A DNA stretch of 57,320 nt from an uncultured Bacilli bacterium (GTDB lineage: Bacteria; Bacillota_I; Bacilli_A; RF39; UBA660). Positions 1 to 8,816 of this stretch are shown piece after piece (position 1 is the first letter of the stretch; every line of letters begins with the position of its first letter). A model generated the notes under the pieces. It was not told where the DNA came from. It did not search any database and worked only from the letters and a program-made list of their open reading frames with translations. Position numbers and translations under genes: made by a program. The stretch lies in contig CALVTC010000001.1 of assembly GCA_944359885.1 (NCBI GenBank), positions 1-57,320 on the forward strand. The letters run 5' to 3'.

Positions 1-182
1 CTATCGGATGTTAAGCCTGTGGAGAAGTAGGGATACCTAGTCTGAGAAGCAGGAAACTTGGGAGGTGACGACCAAGGAAATTAAGTTTACTTAATTCTTT
101 TGTTCTTGTGTTAAAATTACTAAAATTTTTTTTAAGATATTGAGAGTTTTTTTCTTTTGATATATAATATTTATGATAGGAT

Positions 183-1085
183 GTGGTAGTTTTGTTAAAG
201 GTTAAAGCACGGAGAACAAGAAATGTATTATCATATATTATGCTTACTTTTGGAGCAATTTTAGCAGCGTTTGCATTAGAAACTTTTTTAATTCCTAACA
301 CTATTTTGGATGGCGGAGTTACTGGTATTTCTATTATTATTTCTAAGCTTTCAGAAATACCTGTCAGTGTACTTGTTTTGGTACTTAATATTCCGTTTAT
401 ATATATAGGATACAAAAATCTTGGAAAAGGTTTTTTATTTCGTGCTTTATATAGTATGATTTTATTTTCTTTTGCTTTGTCTTTTTTTCGATACTTTGAA
501 CCCATCACTGAAAAAATGTTATTAGCAACTGTTTTTGGTGGTATATTACTGGGAATTGGTGTTGGAATGGTTATACATTTTGGTGGATGTGTAGATGGAA
601 CGGAGTCTGTTGCTTTAGTTATTAGTAAAAAGACATCTTTATCAGTAGGACAGGTTGTTTTGCTTTTTAATTTTGTTATTTATGCAATTGCGGGAATGAT
701 TTTTGGTCTTGATAGAGCAATGTATTCTTTACTTACTTATTTTATTACCTTTAAAGTAGTTGATTTAGTATCAGATGGTTTTGAACAGGTTAAAGCTGCT
801 TTAATTGTAACAGAAAAAGGAACAGATATGGCAAAGGAGATTTATCGAAGGCTTGGTAGAACTGTTACTACGATTCGAGGAAAAGGATTAATTAGCGGAG
901 ATAAAGAAGTTATGTATTGTGTTCTTACGCGAATTGAGATTTATGAATTAAGGCGGATTGCTGAAGAAATGGATGAAAGTGCTTTTATTACCATTTTGGA
1001 TGTTTCTGATATTATTGGACAGCATATTAAATCAACACAACATATTGGAAGTAGAAAATTAAGAGGAATAAAAGAAGGGAGATAA
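183..1085 (+). CDS. YitT-family integral membrane protein with C-terminal DUF2179-like domain
   Basis: 300-aa ORF. Several hydrophobic helices are followed by a soluble C-terminal segment (IVTEKGTDMAKEIYRRLGRTVTTIRGKG...LTRIEIYELRRIAEE) typical of YitT/DUF2179 proteins. Confidence 0.65.
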   Translation: MVVLLKVKARRTRNVLSYIMLTFGAILAAFALETFLIPNTILDGGVTGISIIISKLSEIPVSVLVLVLNIPFIYIGYKNLGKGFLFRALYSMILFSFALSFFRYFEPITEKMLLATVFGGILLGIGVGMVIHFGGCVDGTESVALVISKKTSLSVGQVVLLFNFVIYAIAGMIFGLDRAMYSLLTYFITFKVVDLVSDGFEQVKAALIVTEKGTDMAKEIYRRLGRTVTTIRGKGLISGDKEVMYCVLTRIEIYELRRIAEEMDESAFITILDVSDIIGQHIKSTQHIGSRKLRGIKEGR

Positions 1086-1088
1086 TTT

Positions 1089-2174
1089 ATGAGAGAAGAA
1101 GAAAAAAATGTATCTGGAAATGCTAATATGGGAAGTGTTACTTCAACGTCTAATAATGGTCAAGTAGGCGATGTGAGTTCTAATATTAATGGAGCTCAGA
1201 TACTTGCTGGTAGTCCAGGAATTAGAATCGCACCAGTAGATGAAAATCCAGTTGATGCTACTCAGAATCATGTTGAAAGCGTAACTACTACAGTGGATAA
1301 GTCTTCCACTCCTGTTGTAACGACAGCAGCACCTATGTTAAATCCTAATGGTGTTATTCCTAAAGTGGATATTTCTCAGACAACTGTAGCACCACCACCT
1401 CCTAGTGAACCTGTTAATCCTCCTGTTGTTACAGGTAAGAAAGAGAAAAAATCAAAGAAAAATACATTTTTAATTTTTATTTTACTTTTGATTATTATCG
1501 TGCTAGGTGTTTATATTTTCTTAGATTATCAAAAAGATGCTACTCGAGGAGAATGTAGTCCTTTAGTAGCAAGTGATAATACTTTAAGACAGTTAGATAT
1601 TAATTCTAGTATTGTACAAGAACTTTATGATAAAGTTAAGACCAATATTAGAGAAGATGTTAGTTATCATAATTTCGATGATACTTTCAAATTATATTTG
1701 GCATTTCGACAAATACCAAAGACTGATTTTTATGATTCTAACTGTAATTTATTTAACGAAAGCATCATGTCTAATTTTACATGTTCTGGTGCTGTTAACT
1801 TTGTTCCTTTGGCATATAAAGAGGAAACATTACAACGTGAGGTTAGAAAGTTATTTGGAGAAAGTGTAGAAATTGCTAATCAAAATATTGTATTAGGTAA
1901 TAGCTGTTTTGGAGGATATCAGTATATTAGTGAACGAGGAGAATATGTTCAAGGATATTGTGGTGAGGTGCCGACAACTATTTATAATGTAGATAAAGAA
2001 TTAATTTCAGCAAGTATTCAAGGAGATACGATTACTTTGAGAGAAAAGGTACGTTACTATAGTGCTGAGGGTGTTTCTTCTGATCAGTTGAAAAACGGGG
2101 TCTATGTACATACGTTTCGGTTAGATAATCATTATCATTATGCGTATGTTAATCGAAGCATTGAAGATGCTTAA
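1089..2174 (+). CDS. hypothetical single-pass membrane protein (Pro/Val/Thr-rich N-terminal region, one TM, Cys-containing C-terminal domain)
   Basis: 361-aa ORF that starts 4 nt after the previous stop. It has a KKEKKSKKNTFLIFILLLIIIVLGVYIFL anchor. No family recognised. Confidence 0.5.
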   Translation: MREEEKNVSGNANMGSVTSTSNNGQVGDVSSNINGAQILAGSPGIRIAPVDENPVDATQNHVESVTTTVDKSSTPVVTTAAPMLNPNGVIPKVDISQTTVAPPPPSEPVNPPVVTGKKEKKSKKNTFLIFILLLIIIVLGVYIFLDYQKDATRGECSPLVASDNTLRQLDINSSIVQELYDKVKTNIREDVSYHNFDDTFKLYLAFRQIPKTDFYDSNCNLFNESIMSNFTCSGAVNFVPLAYKEETLQREVRKLFGESVEIANQNIVLGNSCFGGYQYISERGEYVQGYCGEVPTTIYNVDKELISASIQGDTITLREKVRYYSAEGVSSDQLKNGVYVHTFRLDNHYHYAYVNRSIEDA

Positions 2175-2204
2175 AAGTTGTGATATATTAGAATAGGTGA
2201 TAGA

Positions 2205-2729
2205 ATGGAAACAGAAAAAATTGTTACAGGATTATTGGATGAGAACTGTTATGTTCTAAAGAAAAATGGGAGTTGTTTGATTGTTGATCCAGGAGATGAT
2301 TACTCAAATATTAAAGAAGTGGTTGGGGATGCTAAGGTATTAGCGGTTTTACTTACTCATTCTCACTTTGATCATATTGGAGCACTTCGTAATTTTTTAA
2401 CAAAGAGAAGTGTGAAGATTTTTAAGAAGAGTGGTGTCTTAGAGCAAGAATATACAATAGGGGATTTTACTTTTCAAGTAATTTATACTCCAGGGCATTC
2501 TAAAGACTCTATTAGTTTTTATTTTAAAGATGAAAAAGAAATGTTTGTTGGAGATTTTATTTTTAAAGAGTCTATTGGCCGATGTGATTTACCAGGAGGA
2601 AGTGAAGCTGATATGAAAATTAGTCTTACGAAATTGAAAGAATTTCCTAGGGATATTACTTTATATCCTGGTCATGGAGATATTACTACACTTGATTATG
2701 AACTTGATCATAATTCATATTTAAATTAA
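2205..2729 (+). CDS. MBL-fold metallo-hydrolase (glyoxalase II-like)
   Basis: HxHxDH metal motif (THSHFDHIG), a later TPGHS, and the GDxxF...PGHG pattern. RBS taggtga lies upstream. Confidence 0.8.
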   Translation: METEKIVTGLLDENCYVLKKNGSCLIVDPGDDYSNIKEVVGDAKVLAVLLTHSHFDHIGALRNFLTKRSVKIFKKSGVLEQEYTIGDFTFQVIYTPGHSKDSISFYFKDEKEMFVGDFIFKESIGRCDLPGGSEADMKISLTKLKEFPRDITLYPGHGDITTLDYELDHNSYLN

Positions 2730-2739
2730 GGAGAACAGT

Positions 2740-3054
2740 ATGTATATTGATGTTGTTGTTTTAGTTATTTTAATTGTTTTAGTTATTATGTTTTTTAAGC
2801 GATTTTCTTCTTTTGTCTTTTTTATGGCAATTGTAGATATTTTGCTTCGTATATTAACTTTTATAAAAAATAATATTGGTCTACCAGATGTCAGTGCTTT
2901 GATTGGAAAATATATTCCAGCTAGTATTTCTGCTATTATAGATAAATATTGTGATGGTCTTCTTAATACTATCTTACAATGGGCCTTTGTTATTTTGATG
3001 TGTATCTTTTTGGGATATATTATTAAAATATTTATACATAAGAAAAAAATTTAA
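2740..3054 (+). CDS. small hypothetical membrane protein
   Basis: 104-aa ORF with three hydrophobic segments and RBS aaggagaa 5 nt upstream. Followed by the terminator at 3064-3097. Confidence 0.45.
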   Translation: MYIDVVVLVILIVLVIMFFKRFSSFVFFMAIVDILLRILTFIKNNIGLPDVSALIGKYIPASISAIIDKYCDGLLNTILQWAFVILMCIFLGYIIKIFIHKKKI

Positions 3055-3063
3055 TTTTTACTT

Positions 3064-3097
3064 AAGAAATGACAAGTTTAGTCATTTCTTTTTTTTA
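3064..3097 (+). terminator. rho-independent terminator
   Basis: Perfect 10-bp stem AAGAAATGAC / GTCATTTCTT with a 7-nt loop, followed by a T-run. Confidence 0.8.
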
Positions 3098-3105
3098 TAC
3101 TTGAT

Positions 3106-3888
3106 TTGGTGATAGGGATGAAAGTTTATTTGGATTTGGTCTTTTTCATTAACTTTTTCTTTGATTTTATTATTTTACTTGCAACAAAATTAGTAGTAAA
3201 AGAAGCAACACCTCTTTGGAGGATTGCTTTAGGAAGTCTTTTTGCGAGTTGTTCTATTTTTCTTTTGTTTCTATCACTTTCTAATTTTGGTTTATTTATT
3301 GTAAAGATTGTAATTAGTGTATTCATTATTTTGGTTACTTTTGGAAGGAGGAATTTTTTAACAGACTTTATTTATTTTTATTTAATTAGTATGATTTTAG
3401 GCGGTTTTTTATATCTGTTTGATATTAGTTTTACTTATGAAAATCAGGGAGTGTTGTTCTTTGGTCATGGACTTGGTCTTAATTTAGTTTTTATTTTGGT
3501 GCTTTCTCCTATTTTTTTATATTTTTATGTGAAAGAATATAAGAAGACAAAAGCTAAAACTTCTGTTATTCATTCTGTAGAAATTTATGTTAATCATGAT
3601 GTTTTTCGCTTAAAGGGTATGTTAGATACTGGGAATCAACTAAGAGATCCTACAACTGGGAAAAGTGTTATTTTGGTTAGTAGAAACGTTCCGATTTCTA
3701 TGTCTAGATATTTTTATGTTCCATATAAAGCACTTAATACGGAAGGCATTATTCCTTGTTGTAAAGTAGATAGGGTAATTGTTGATGATGTTGTTTTTTC
3801 TAAATGTTTGGTTGGACTTAGCAAAGATACATTTTCTTTAGGGGGAGTCGATTGTATTTTACCTAATCAATTTAAGGAGGAATTATGA
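3106..3888 (+). CDS. spoIIGA: sigma-E processing aspartic peptidase SpoIIGA
   Basis: Polytopic N-terminus plus a C-terminal MLDTGNQLRDPTTGKSVILV active-site motif (DTGN). It overlaps the sigE start (ATGA overlap). The start may be the ATG at 3118. Confidence 0.85.
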   Translation: MVIGMKVYLDLVFFINFFFDFIILLATKLVVKEATPLWRIALGSLFASCSIFLLFLSLSNFGLFIVKIVISVFIILVTFGRRNFLTDFIYFYLISMILGGFLYLFDISFTYENQGVLFFGHGLGLNLVFILVLSPIFLYFYVKEYKKTKAKTSVIHSVEIYVNHDVFRLKGMLDTGNQLRDPTTGKSVILVSRNVPISMSRYFYVPYKALNTEGIIPCCKVDRVIVDDVVFSKCLVGLSKDTFSLGGVDCILPNQFKEEL

Positions 3889-4580
3889 TAAAAAAACTTA
3901 TAAGTTGGATTCGGGGGATTTTTTCTAGGGTTTATAGTATTTTTTATGTTGGGGCAACGGATATGCTTCCAGAGCCTTTATCTAAGGAGATGGAAGAGTT
4001 TTATATAGAAAAAATGCAAGTGGGAGATGAGGATGCAAAGGATAAATTGATTGAACATAATTTGAGATTGGTTGTTTTTTTAGCTAAAAAATATGAGAAT
4101 ACAGGTGTTGATTTGGAGGATTTAGTAAGTATTGGTACGATAGGACTTATTAAAGGTATTCAAACTTTTCAGAGTGGGAAAAATATTAAATTAGCAACTT
4201 ATGCTTCTAGGTGTATTGATAATGAAATTTTAATGCATTTGCGAAAGAATAAGAAAATAAAGACAGAAGTTAGTATTGATGCTTCTTTGTCACTTGACGG
4301 GGAAGGAAATGAACTTCATTTAGAAGATGTGTTAGGAACAGATCCTGATATTGTTACAAAAGAGATTGAGGAGGAAAATGATAAGAAAGTAATGATTGAA
4401 GAAGTGATGAAATTAAAACCAAGAGATAGGGATATTATAGTACTTCGTTATGGATTATTAGGAAATGATGAACTTACACAGAAGGAAGTTGCAGAGAAAT
4501 TAGGAATTTCTCAATCTTATATATCTAGAATTGAAAAGAAGGTAATTAAACGTTTGAGAACGGTTGTCAGTAATTTTTAG
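3885..4580 (+). CDS. sigE: sporulation sigma factor sigma-E (pro-sigma-E)
   Basis: Near-collinear with my recall of B. subtilis SigE: LPEPLSKEME..., HNLRLVVFLAKKYENTGVDLEDLVSIGTIGLIK, KLATYASRCIDNEILMHLRK, GISQSYISRIEKKVIKRL. Confidence 0.92.
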   Translation: MIKKLISWIRGIFSRVYSIFYVGATDMLPEPLSKEMEEFYIEKMQVGDEDAKDKLIEHNLRLVVFLAKKYENTGVDLEDLVSIGTIGLIKGIQTFQSGKNIKLATYASRCIDNEILMHLRKNKKIKTEVSIDASLSLDGEGNELHLEDVLGTDPDIVTKEIEEENDKKVMIEEVMKLKPRDRDIIVLRYGLLGNDELTQKEVAEKLGISQSYISRIEKKVIKRLRTVVSNF

Positions 4581-4589
4581 GTTTTCTCG

Positions 4590-4618
4590 TTTACTTGCCT
4601 TTTTCTTTGTGGTATACT
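4590..4618 (+). promoter_or_regulatory. sigma-A-like promoter with extended -10 for the adhesin gene
   Basis: TTTACT (4590-4595), a 17-nt spacer, then TGgTATACT (4610-4618), about 30 nt upstream of the GTG start. Confidence 0.45.
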
Positions 4619-4648
4619 TTAGTTAAGTATAAGGTAAGGTGAGACTTT

Positions 4649-7600
4649 GTGTTAGATAATATTAAGAATTGGTGGAAGCAGGAGAGAAAGTCTAGCAAAG
4701 TATTGATGATTTTTTCTTGTTTATTTATTGCTGTATTTGTTATTACGATTGCTAATTTTGGTATTAGTTTTGCAGCAGCATTACCAGAGACTTTAGTATC
4801 GGATACTCTTTTTCGAGATGATGGATATCGCGTTAATTTATATCCAGAGTTAAGAGGAGAAGACATTATTTCTTTAACTCCTTTTGTTGCAACGGATACT
4901 TCTAGCAATACTTATCATATGTATTGTTTAGAGAGAACATTAGAGTGGTATGATGATGCTACGGTTACAAAAGGGGAACAATTAGATTCAGGATATGCAT
5001 ATATTATTCAACATGGTTATCCTACTGTTTCATTGACGGATGAGGGAGACTGGGTAAATTCTTATTTAACACAGGTTGCAATATGGTTATATCAAGATCG
5101 TTCTCAAGGAGTTTTAGATACAGTAGATGGTTCTTTAACTGCTAATCAAAAAAGAGCTATCATGCAAAATAATACATATTATCCTATTATAGATTCTTTG
5201 GTTACTGGGGCGATTGATGCGAAAGAAAATTATAGTAATGTAACACCTTCCATTACGGTTTCTTCTGGAGATTTTCACCTGGATAGTTCAGCTACTTATT
5301 TAGAGACTAATTATTTATCTGTTTCTTCTAATGTTAGTTTTAAGACCTATACTGTTGCTCTTGATATGGCAAATGCTCAAGTAGTAAATGAAGATGGTGA
5401 TGTTATTTCTTCTAATGATACATTTACTAGTGGGGAGAAGTTTAAAATTCGCCTTCCTTTAGCCCAATTAGATGGGACGGACTTAGATTTAAAGATTAGT
5501 ATTACTACGGATTATGAAATGGCAGTTGCATATCAATATAATCCTCCTGCTGAATATGACGATATGCAAAAATCTATGGCGTCTGCTGTTACGATTGAGA
5601 CAAGGTCTGCAGTTTCTTCTACTACAGTAGTGATACCAACAGGTAGTTTAACGATTGAAAAGGTCGATAGTGTTTCTAATAATTTACTTCCGGGGGCGGA
5701 AATTGAAGTTTATCGTGTTATAGGTACTGGTAATGAAAAAATGATTGATAGCTTTACTACTTCTAATGAAGCGAAAGTTATTTCTAATCTTTTACCTGGG
5801 CAATATAAAGTAGTTGAAAAGAGTGCACCAGATGGTTATTTGATTGATGTTAGTGATACATCTGTTTTGATTAATGCATCTAATTTGAATGTTACTGCGC
5901 GTCTTATGAATGAACTGATAGATATAAAGGTGCAAATTCAAAAGGTTGATGAGGATACTAATTTGCCTCTTGCTGGAGCAGTCATTAAGATTGTAGATTC
6001 TACAGGAAAACAGGTTACTAGTTTTACTTCTGAAAATGGCTACACTACTATTTCAGGGTTAGATATTGGAAAATATCAAGCAATCGAAGTAAGTGCACCA
6101 GATGGTTATTATTTAGATTCTACTCCAGTAGATTTTGAAGTAACTGCAGAAGAACAAGAAGTTTCAATTACTATGAAAAATAAGAAAAATTTGGTACAGA
6201 TATTAAAGACTGATCAAGATGGTGAGGCAATTGCAGGTGCTGTTTTAAGAGTTGTTAATGCTGATACCGGTGCTTCGGTTGATCAATGGACGACTTCTAC
6301 AGAAGCACATGACTTAACTGGAATTGCTCCAGGTAATTATCGAGTAGAAGAAGTAAGTCCACCTAGCGGATATGCCTTGAATTCTAATTCTATTCCTTTT
6401 ACAATTACAAATACAATGACAGATAAAATAGAGATTCATTTTCCTAATACAAAGAGTCAAATTATGATTTCTAAGGTTGATGAACAAGGACAAACTCTTG
6501 CAGGAGCAAAGCTAGAAATTTATAATGAATCAGGTGATAAAGTATATGAATTTACTAGTGAGGATACTCCTACTGTTATTGAAAAATTAGAAGCTGGTCG
6601 ATATACTTTGAGAGAGGTAGATGTACCAGATGGCTATCAGTTAAATAAAGAACCAGTAAGTTTTGAAGTTGCTGTTGATACTACAAACTTACAAGTAACA
6701 ATGAAAAATGTGAAAAATTCTGTTTCTTTTTATAAGATTGATAGGGATACTGAGGGTCCTGTGAGTGGTGCTGTTCTTCGTTTGGTTGATGAGGAAGGCG
6801 AGGTTATTGACGAATGGACTACTGATAATGAAGCACATGTCATTGAGGGTTTAAAAAATGGTACTTATTATTTGGAAGAAGTAAGTGCTCCAAATGGTTA
6901 TATTCGTAATACCGAACGAATTGAAGTAGTGGTAGATGATAATACTACAACTTCTGCTTATACAATGTTTAATCAAAGTATTGCTGTACGAATTGGTAAG
7001 GTTGATAGTGAAACTAAAGATTTGGTTGCAGGGGCAACTTTAGAGCTTTTAAATTCTAATTATGAAGTTATCTCTACTTGGACTACGACAACAGAATATC
7101 GTGTTTTTGATAATTTGAGTGAAGGAAAATATTATGTTAGAGAAACTATTGCACCTAAAGGTTATGTTTTAAATGATGAGCTTTTAAGTTTTACAGTAGA
7201 GGAAGATAATCCTTCTGTTACGGTTTCTTTTGAAGATAAGCAAACGACTGTAAAACTTGGAAAAGTTGATGCTAATACTGGTAATTATGTTGCTGGTGCT
7301 GTATTGAAACTTTCTCGTCAAGATGGTACTATGGATGATGTTACTTTTGTTAGTGAAGAGAAGGCGACTGTCTTTAGAGGCCTTGCTAGTGGTGTATATA
7401 TATTAGAGGAAGTAAGTGCTCCAGATGGTTACATTACTAGTAATTCAAAAATTACTTTTGAACTTGATAATTTAGGAAAGACAAAAAATATTGCTTTGAA
7501 GAGTGATTTGATTTCTATTTCTGTTTCTAATAAGAGGTTAGAGATTGATACAAACGGTGTTGATGGTTATGAATTTCAGTTGATGAGTCACGACGGGAGT

Positions 7601-8164
7601 CTTCTTGATACTTATTCTATTAGTGACGAAGTGTTTGTATCTGATGTTTTAGAAAATGGTAATTATTTATTAAAGCAAACAAAAGTACCTGATGGTGTTG
7701 TATTAAATAATAATGCTTATTCTTTTGTTATTTCTGATTCTGATGGTTCTGATGTTGTGTATTTTACAAATGATTATACTAAAGTAGACTTTGAAAAGAA
7801 GGAAATGATAGGTGATAAGCAACTAGCAGGTGGACACTTTATTTTAAGAAATGAAGAAGGAGATATGGTTGCAGAATGGGATTCTACTGATACGGCAAAG
7901 AGAATTGAAAAACTTGTTCCTGGTACTTATACTTTAAGTGAAGTTAGTTCTCCTGATGGATATCAGTTAGATGATTCGTTACTTACTTTCCAGGTAAATG
8001 CTACTGCTGATGTACAAACTGTTACTATGTTTAATGCCTTGAAAGTTGATGTTCCTAATACATCTGAAAATTCTTTACTATATTTATTTGTTGGTACTGT
8101 GATTATGATGACTGGATTTAGTGTTCTTGGTTATGTTTATTTTAAAAGGCGTGGTGATGTATGA
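4649..8164 (+). CDS. giant cell-surface adhesin: N-terminal thioester (TQxA) domain plus about 9-10 Cna-B/SpaA-type repeats and a C-terminal sorting-like signal
   Basis: GTG start with RBS aaggtgag. Signal/anchor helix. Thioester Cys in HMYCLE (4925-4927) and the TQVAIW motif (5069-5086). Repeated (T/K)KVD...GA.L...(S/V)APDGY modules. The C-terminus is VPNTSEN plus a hydrophobic helix plus KRRGDV. Confidence 0.8.
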   Translation: MLDNIKNWWKQERKSSKVLMIFSCLFIAVFVITIANFGISFAAALPETLVSDTLFRDDGYRVNLYPELRGEDIISLTPFVATDTSSNTYHMYCLERTLEWYDDATVTKGEQLDSGYAYIIQHGYPTVSLTDEGDWVNSYLTQVAIWLYQDRSQGVLDTVDGSLTANQKRAIMQNNTYYPIIDSLVTGAIDAKENYSNVTPSITVSSGDFHLDSSATYLETNYLSVSSNVSFKTYTVALDMANAQVVNEDGDVISSNDTFTSGEKFKIRLPLAQLDGTDLDLKISITTDYEMAVAYQYNPPAEYDDMQKSMASAVTIETRSAVSSTTVVIPTGSLTIEKVDSVSNNLLPGAEIEVYRVIGTGNEKMIDSFTTSNEAKVISNLLPGQYKVVEKSAPDGYLIDVSDTSVLINASNLNVTARLMNELIDIKVQIQKVDEDTNLPLAGAVIKIVDSTGKQVTSFTSENGYTTISGLDIGKYQAIEVSAPDGYYLDSTPVDFEVTAEEQEVSITMKNKKNLVQILKTDQDGEAIAGAVLRVVNADTGASVDQWTTSTEAHDLTGIAPGNYRVEEVSPPSGYALNSNSIPFTITNTMTDKIEIHFPNTKSQIMISKVDEQGQTLAGAKLEIYNESGDKVYEFTSEDTPTVIEKLEAGRYTLREVDVPDGYQLNKEPVSFEVAVDTTNLQVTMKNVKNSVSFYKIDRDTEGPVSGAVLRLVDEEGEVIDEWTTDNEAHVIEGLKNGTYYLEEVSAPNGYIRNTERIEVVVDDNTTTSAYTMFNQSIAVRIGKVDSETKDLVAGATLELLNSNYEVISTWTTTTEYRVFDNLSEGKYYVRETIAPKGYVLNDELLSFTVEEDNPSVTVSFEDKQTTVKLGKVDANTGNYVAGAVLKLSRQDGTMDDVTFVSEEKATVFRGLASGVYILEEVSAPDGYITSNSKITFELDNLGKTKNIALKSDLISISVSNKRLEIDTNGVDGYEFQLMSHDGSLLDTYSISDEVFVSDVLENGNYLLKQTKVPDGVVLNNNAYSFVISDSDGSDVVYFTNDYTKVDFEKKEMIGDKQLAGGHFILRNEEGDMVAEWDSTDTAKRIEKLVPGTYTLSEVSSPDGYQLDDSLLTFQVNATADVQTVTMFNALKVDVPNTSENSLLYLFVGTVIMMTGFSVLGYVYFKRRGDV
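5642..8040 (+). repeat. tandem array of diverged ~85-95-aa Cna-B/SpaA-like domain repeats inside the adhesin CDS
   Basis: Recurrent motifs at the protein level: SAPDGYLID, SAPDGYYLD, PPSGYALN, VPDGYQLN, SAPNGYIRN, APKGYVLN, SAPDGYITS, VPDGVVLN, SPDGYQLD. The nucleotide copies are diverged. Confidence 0.7.
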
Positions 8165-8733
8165 GTCGATTAGCTTTTCAATATGGCACGGTTCATACAG
8201 AAAAGAGCAAGCACGCCTTTTCTATTAAACGAAAGTTTTTAAAACATCATTTATCTGTTATCTTGATGGCCCCAATTATGACTCATCAAGAAGATATTTC
8301 AAAGTATGATTATTTAATTAGTAAAGATGAAAATATTTATTTAACGTTGAAAAAACAATTTTTGAATACTAGGTTATTGATAATCGATGATGCTCATCTT
8401 TTGAGTGAAGTTCAAGTTGATGAATTGTTACAAGTGGCAATATCTTTGCATATTTCTGTTTTGTGTTTGGGATTAAGAACAGATTTTCGTACAAGTGGAT
8501 TTTCAGGAGCTAGAAGACTTTTGGAATTGTCTCAGGTTTTAATTGAATCTCCAAGTTACTGTGAGTGTGGTCAAAAGGCATTGTTTAGTGTTCGCAAGGA
8601 AAAAGGAAAGATTACTTTTTGTGGAGAAAAAATTTTAAAAGGAGATTCTATTTGTTATGAAGCACTATGTCCTGCTTGCTATTATAGAAAGTTAATTCAT
8701 TATAAAAGATTAAAACAAAGTGGTAGATTATAA
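8161..8733 (+). CDS. thymidine-kinase-family protein with degenerate P-loop and catalytic motifs
   Basis: Collinear with type II TK: VLCLGLRTDFRTSGFSGARRLL resembles E. coli VLCYGLRTDFRGELF, and the Zn-ribbon cysteines are present (CECG...CPAC). The Walker A reads GTVHTEKSK instead of GxxxxGKS/T. The DE(C/V)QF motif reads DDAHLL. The start overlaps the adhesin stop (gtATGA). Confidence 0.6.
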   Translation: MSRLAFQYGTVHTEKSKHAFSIKRKFLKHHLSVILMAPIMTHQEDISKYDYLISKDENIYLTLKKQFLNTRLLIIDDAHLLSEVQVDELLQVAISLHISVLCLGLRTDFRTSGFSGARRLLELSQVLIESPSYCECGQKALFSVRKEKGKITFCGEKILKGDSICYEALCPACYYRKLIHYKRLKQSGRL

Positions 8734-8767
8734 GCAAATAATACAGTGGTATTACTTGCTTTTTTTC
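8734..8767 (+). terminator. rho-independent terminator of the adhesin/TK-like unit
   Basis: Stem GCAAATAATAC / GTATTACTTGC (1 mismatch), 4-nt loop, then TTTTTTT. Confidence 0.75.
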
Positions 8768-8792
8768 TTCATTTATTTTTATATTAAAAAGA

Positions 8793-8816
8793 ATCATAGA
8801 GGATGATACTTTATGA
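8793..8816. repeat. left inverted repeat (IRL) of the candidate invertible switch
   Basis: ATCATAGAGGATGATACTTTATGA is the exact reverse complement of 9084-9107 (24/24, checked by hand). It is internally near-palindromic. Confidence 0.9.

Noticed and set aside
1-170. Possible 3' part of a structured leader or ncRNA at the window start. It contains GGAGAAGTAGGG / GTCTGAGAAG strings, the hairpin CTTGG-N10-CCAAG, and the palindrome TTAAGT-tt-ACTTAA followed by a T-rich tract.
   Set aside because: I could not match it convincingly to any riboswitch or RNA family (FMN, TPP, yybP, tmRNA and RNase P were considered). The element is cut by the window edge. It may simply be the end of an upstream CDS (frame 1 stops at 28-30) plus a weak terminator.
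11-508. 165-aa minus-strand ORF, and the many other 60-125-aa ORFs nested antisense or out of frame inside longer genes. Examples: 1612-1869, 3126-3326, 4591-4908, 9393-9623, 10595-10822, 12196-12438, 19060-19293, 19825-20157, 20218-20466, 23296-23670, 29033-29344, 45296-45634, 50977-51216.
   Set aside because: They overlap better-supported genes, have low-complexity or hydrophobic translations typical of AT-rich antisense frames, and lack RBS context.
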